From Balanoglossus misakiensis (taxonomy: Eukaryota > Animalia > Hemichordata), in NCBI GenBank assembly GCA_040954595.2, contig CM082588.2, positions 2,764,144-2,828,143 of the forward strand: a stretch of 64,000 nt of DNA, read 5' to 3'. The translations under genes were made by a program, and so were the position numbers. Below are positions 61,777 to 64,000 of this stretch, in pieces. Below the pieces are notes generated by a model that was not told where the DNA came from, ran no database searches, and saw only the letters and a list, made by a program, of their open reading frames with translations. Each line of letters opens with the position of its first letter. Within the stretch, counting starts at the first letter, position 1.

Positions 61777-63596
61777 AGTTCGGTATTTCAGATAAGATTT
61801 TCATATACTGGGTGCCCTCCTAGCCCTAGCCCTGCGTATAGGTGTGTGCGTGTGTGTGTGTTCCAGGCGTTATACGGCCGTGTAACACATAGACCCGTAC
61901 GCAGAGCCAGTGCATGCCCTGACACACCCCCTTCATCTGACCACCTTGAGATTTTTTTTGCATACTAGTACATGTATTTGAACCATCCATAGTATTTCTG
62001 GTATAAGTTACAGTTTTAGTTTACTTGATCACTCAGTACTTGAAAGTGACAATTTCCCATCATAACACTATAATAATATAAACACCATATTTTCAACATA
62101 ATAGTACAATTTAAGCTTGAAAATGAAATTAATGTACATGCAAATTTTATGGCTGTGTAGTTTACACAAGTCTAGTGTGTGTGTGCAGTTGCATTCTGTT
62201 ACTTTACACACAGAAACACTCAAACTGAAAAGCTGAGGGAAACACATACCAATATAGGGTTTCAAAGAACTGGCATACAATTTCTGTTTCAGTATCATCT
62301 TTCCCAGACACAAGTCCCTTAAGATTTATTAACAACATGTTGAAAAACCAGAGTGCAATGTTTTACAATCAATGCAGTCTGTTTTAACTGTACTTTTCTT
62401 GACACTCTGCCAGACGTAATGAAAAAACCATTTGCTGGCTGCCACCTTCCAATAACTTGCGCAATTCAAACTTTCCCATTACGTGTCCACTGTAATAATT
62501 CAGCGGATGACTGAAATGGAAGCATGGTTTCCCTTCGCGATCATTGCCATGGCGACAGTACCACGCACAATCAGCAATCCTTCACTTCCTTCCTGGCTTC
62601 TTCTACTTTGCGCTGATGAAATTACGTGTGCAAGATTTGTGGCTGTGGATGAAAATTACTTGTTTCAAAACAACTGTCATGTGTAGGATGTATCGGGCAT
62701 TAAGTGCTTATTAGAAGCAAGTGTTATTAGAGTGACTTTAAGTATTTTCTGGTGTTTTGAAAAATCTGTCATATAACACATATTATTGTAGTGACTAAAT
62801 AAGCTGCTTTGCAGTTGACAAAATGAAATTTACATACGGGAAAGGAACTTGAGATCTCTCCTTATTTTTCATTGCTAGCAGAAAAAATATTCACGTTGTT
62901 ATGGAAGGGATAGCCTGTTTTCCCGGGAGTCCTGTTTCAGTTAATGACAGTGTGTGAGTGAGAGTGGGTTGTCAAAGGCAGCTGAATGCACAACATTTAC
63001 ATGTACAAATTTGTGTGATTAAGTAGCCTTGGTGAGTGCTGTCAGTCCAGTTTTTACTAGTTGGGGCATTCAACCCAAATGTACAAATATTTTGACACCA
63101 CACTTGTCAGGTTACAGAATATCGCACTGCAATGTATACATATGTTTTCTTTATGCAATATTTGCATATTTCTATTTTTTGTCCTGATTTTCAATCAAAT
63201 TTAGCTTTCTGTAACGACTTGTATGCTATTTAATAATTATTTGATAATATTTTTAAATGATCTTACAACATCTATGGAGAGCTGTAGTCAAGTTCATTGC
63301 CTAATAAAGGTAACAAATATGACAGCATGTGTGTTTTAACTCATAGGCTTTTATTTTAAATGGAAATAACAGAAAATAGCACAGTATGTAGTACAATGGT
63401 ACAGTCTGAATACAGAAATGAACAGAGGTTCCAAAACATCTTCTTGACATTTTTTTTTTGCGATTCGACAGTTTCATTCCCTGAGTCATAAATTTTATCC
63501 CTGTCACTCCACAAAACTCACAGCTTCATGCTCCCTGTGACAAGAGGAATGGTGTTCTTGTGACAGAAAAAGTCCATGTTTGTCACTAAATCTACG

Positions 63597-63884
63597 TTAG
63601 AATTGCAATTTCTGTGAACCTGCTGTTGGTTGGTTTTCTCGACCATTGTCTTTGTTGTGGCTGTCTTGGCCTCCATTTTCAGCCGTTGCACTGGCAAGAG
63701 CAGCAAGCTAGAAGAAAATAAAACAGTATCTCGATTTTTATGGAAAGATGACAATGTCTGGTCAACCTTACCAGTATTTTGAAATATACTCTTGCTCTCT
63801 GAATTCAGGAAATTTCTCTATTTATTCATGAAGAAAACATTTCTTACCTTTTGTCTGACTTTGTTTGTCTTCCCAATACCCAGT
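63597..63884 (-). CDS. Last two coding exons of an unidentified gene extending beyond the window
   Basis: Exon 63884-63848 (ttcag|..LGIGKTNKVRQK|gtaag) is in frame with exon 63707-63597 (LAALASATAENGGQDSHNKDNGRENQPTAGSQKLQF*). There is a minus-strand AATAAA at 63355-63350. Confidence 0.6.
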
Positions 63885-64000
63885 CTGAAAGAGGAAAGAG
63901 ATAATACAAAGATAGAAAACATTTGTAAATGTGACATGAAGCTATAACAGAAGGGAGTCCATAGAAGACAGACTTTCATACATGATTATTTCAAATCCCT

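Noticed and set aside
61815-61835. cctagccctagccct as a telomerase template or telomeric repeat
   Set aside because: It does not match CCCTAA and has only about 2.5 units.

Overview
This is an intron-rich animal genomic window, most consistent with an invertebrate deuterostome (inferred from the vertebrate-like protein sequences and patchy CpG depletion). The left ~36 kb is a CpG-rich, gene-poor regulatory domain. It holds an RD3-like gene (minus strand, 501-1211) facing away from a 7-exon tailless/NR2E1 nuclear receptor gene (16257-35841). The right ~28 kb is a compact cluster: an orphan acidic Trp-repeat gene, CSTF2, CPTP/GLTPD1, ORC3, NUDC, an SLC16/MCT transporter, a secreted 2x C-type lectin / 5x EGF-like / PAN protein, and the 3' end of an unidentified gene. 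The most notable observations are a U12-type minor intron in ORC3, adjacent miR-9 and miR-124 seed sites downstream of proximal poly(A) signals in the NR2E1 3' region, the orphan gene that may overlap that region in antisense, a TTAA-flanked MITE family, and an identical YY1/TISU-like start context in CSTF2 and NUDC. I found no convincing evidence of a wholly new multi-gene system. The best novelty candidates are the orphan Trp/acidic protein and the NR2E1 3' regulatory arrangement. All homology calls are from recognition of protein motifs, not database searches.
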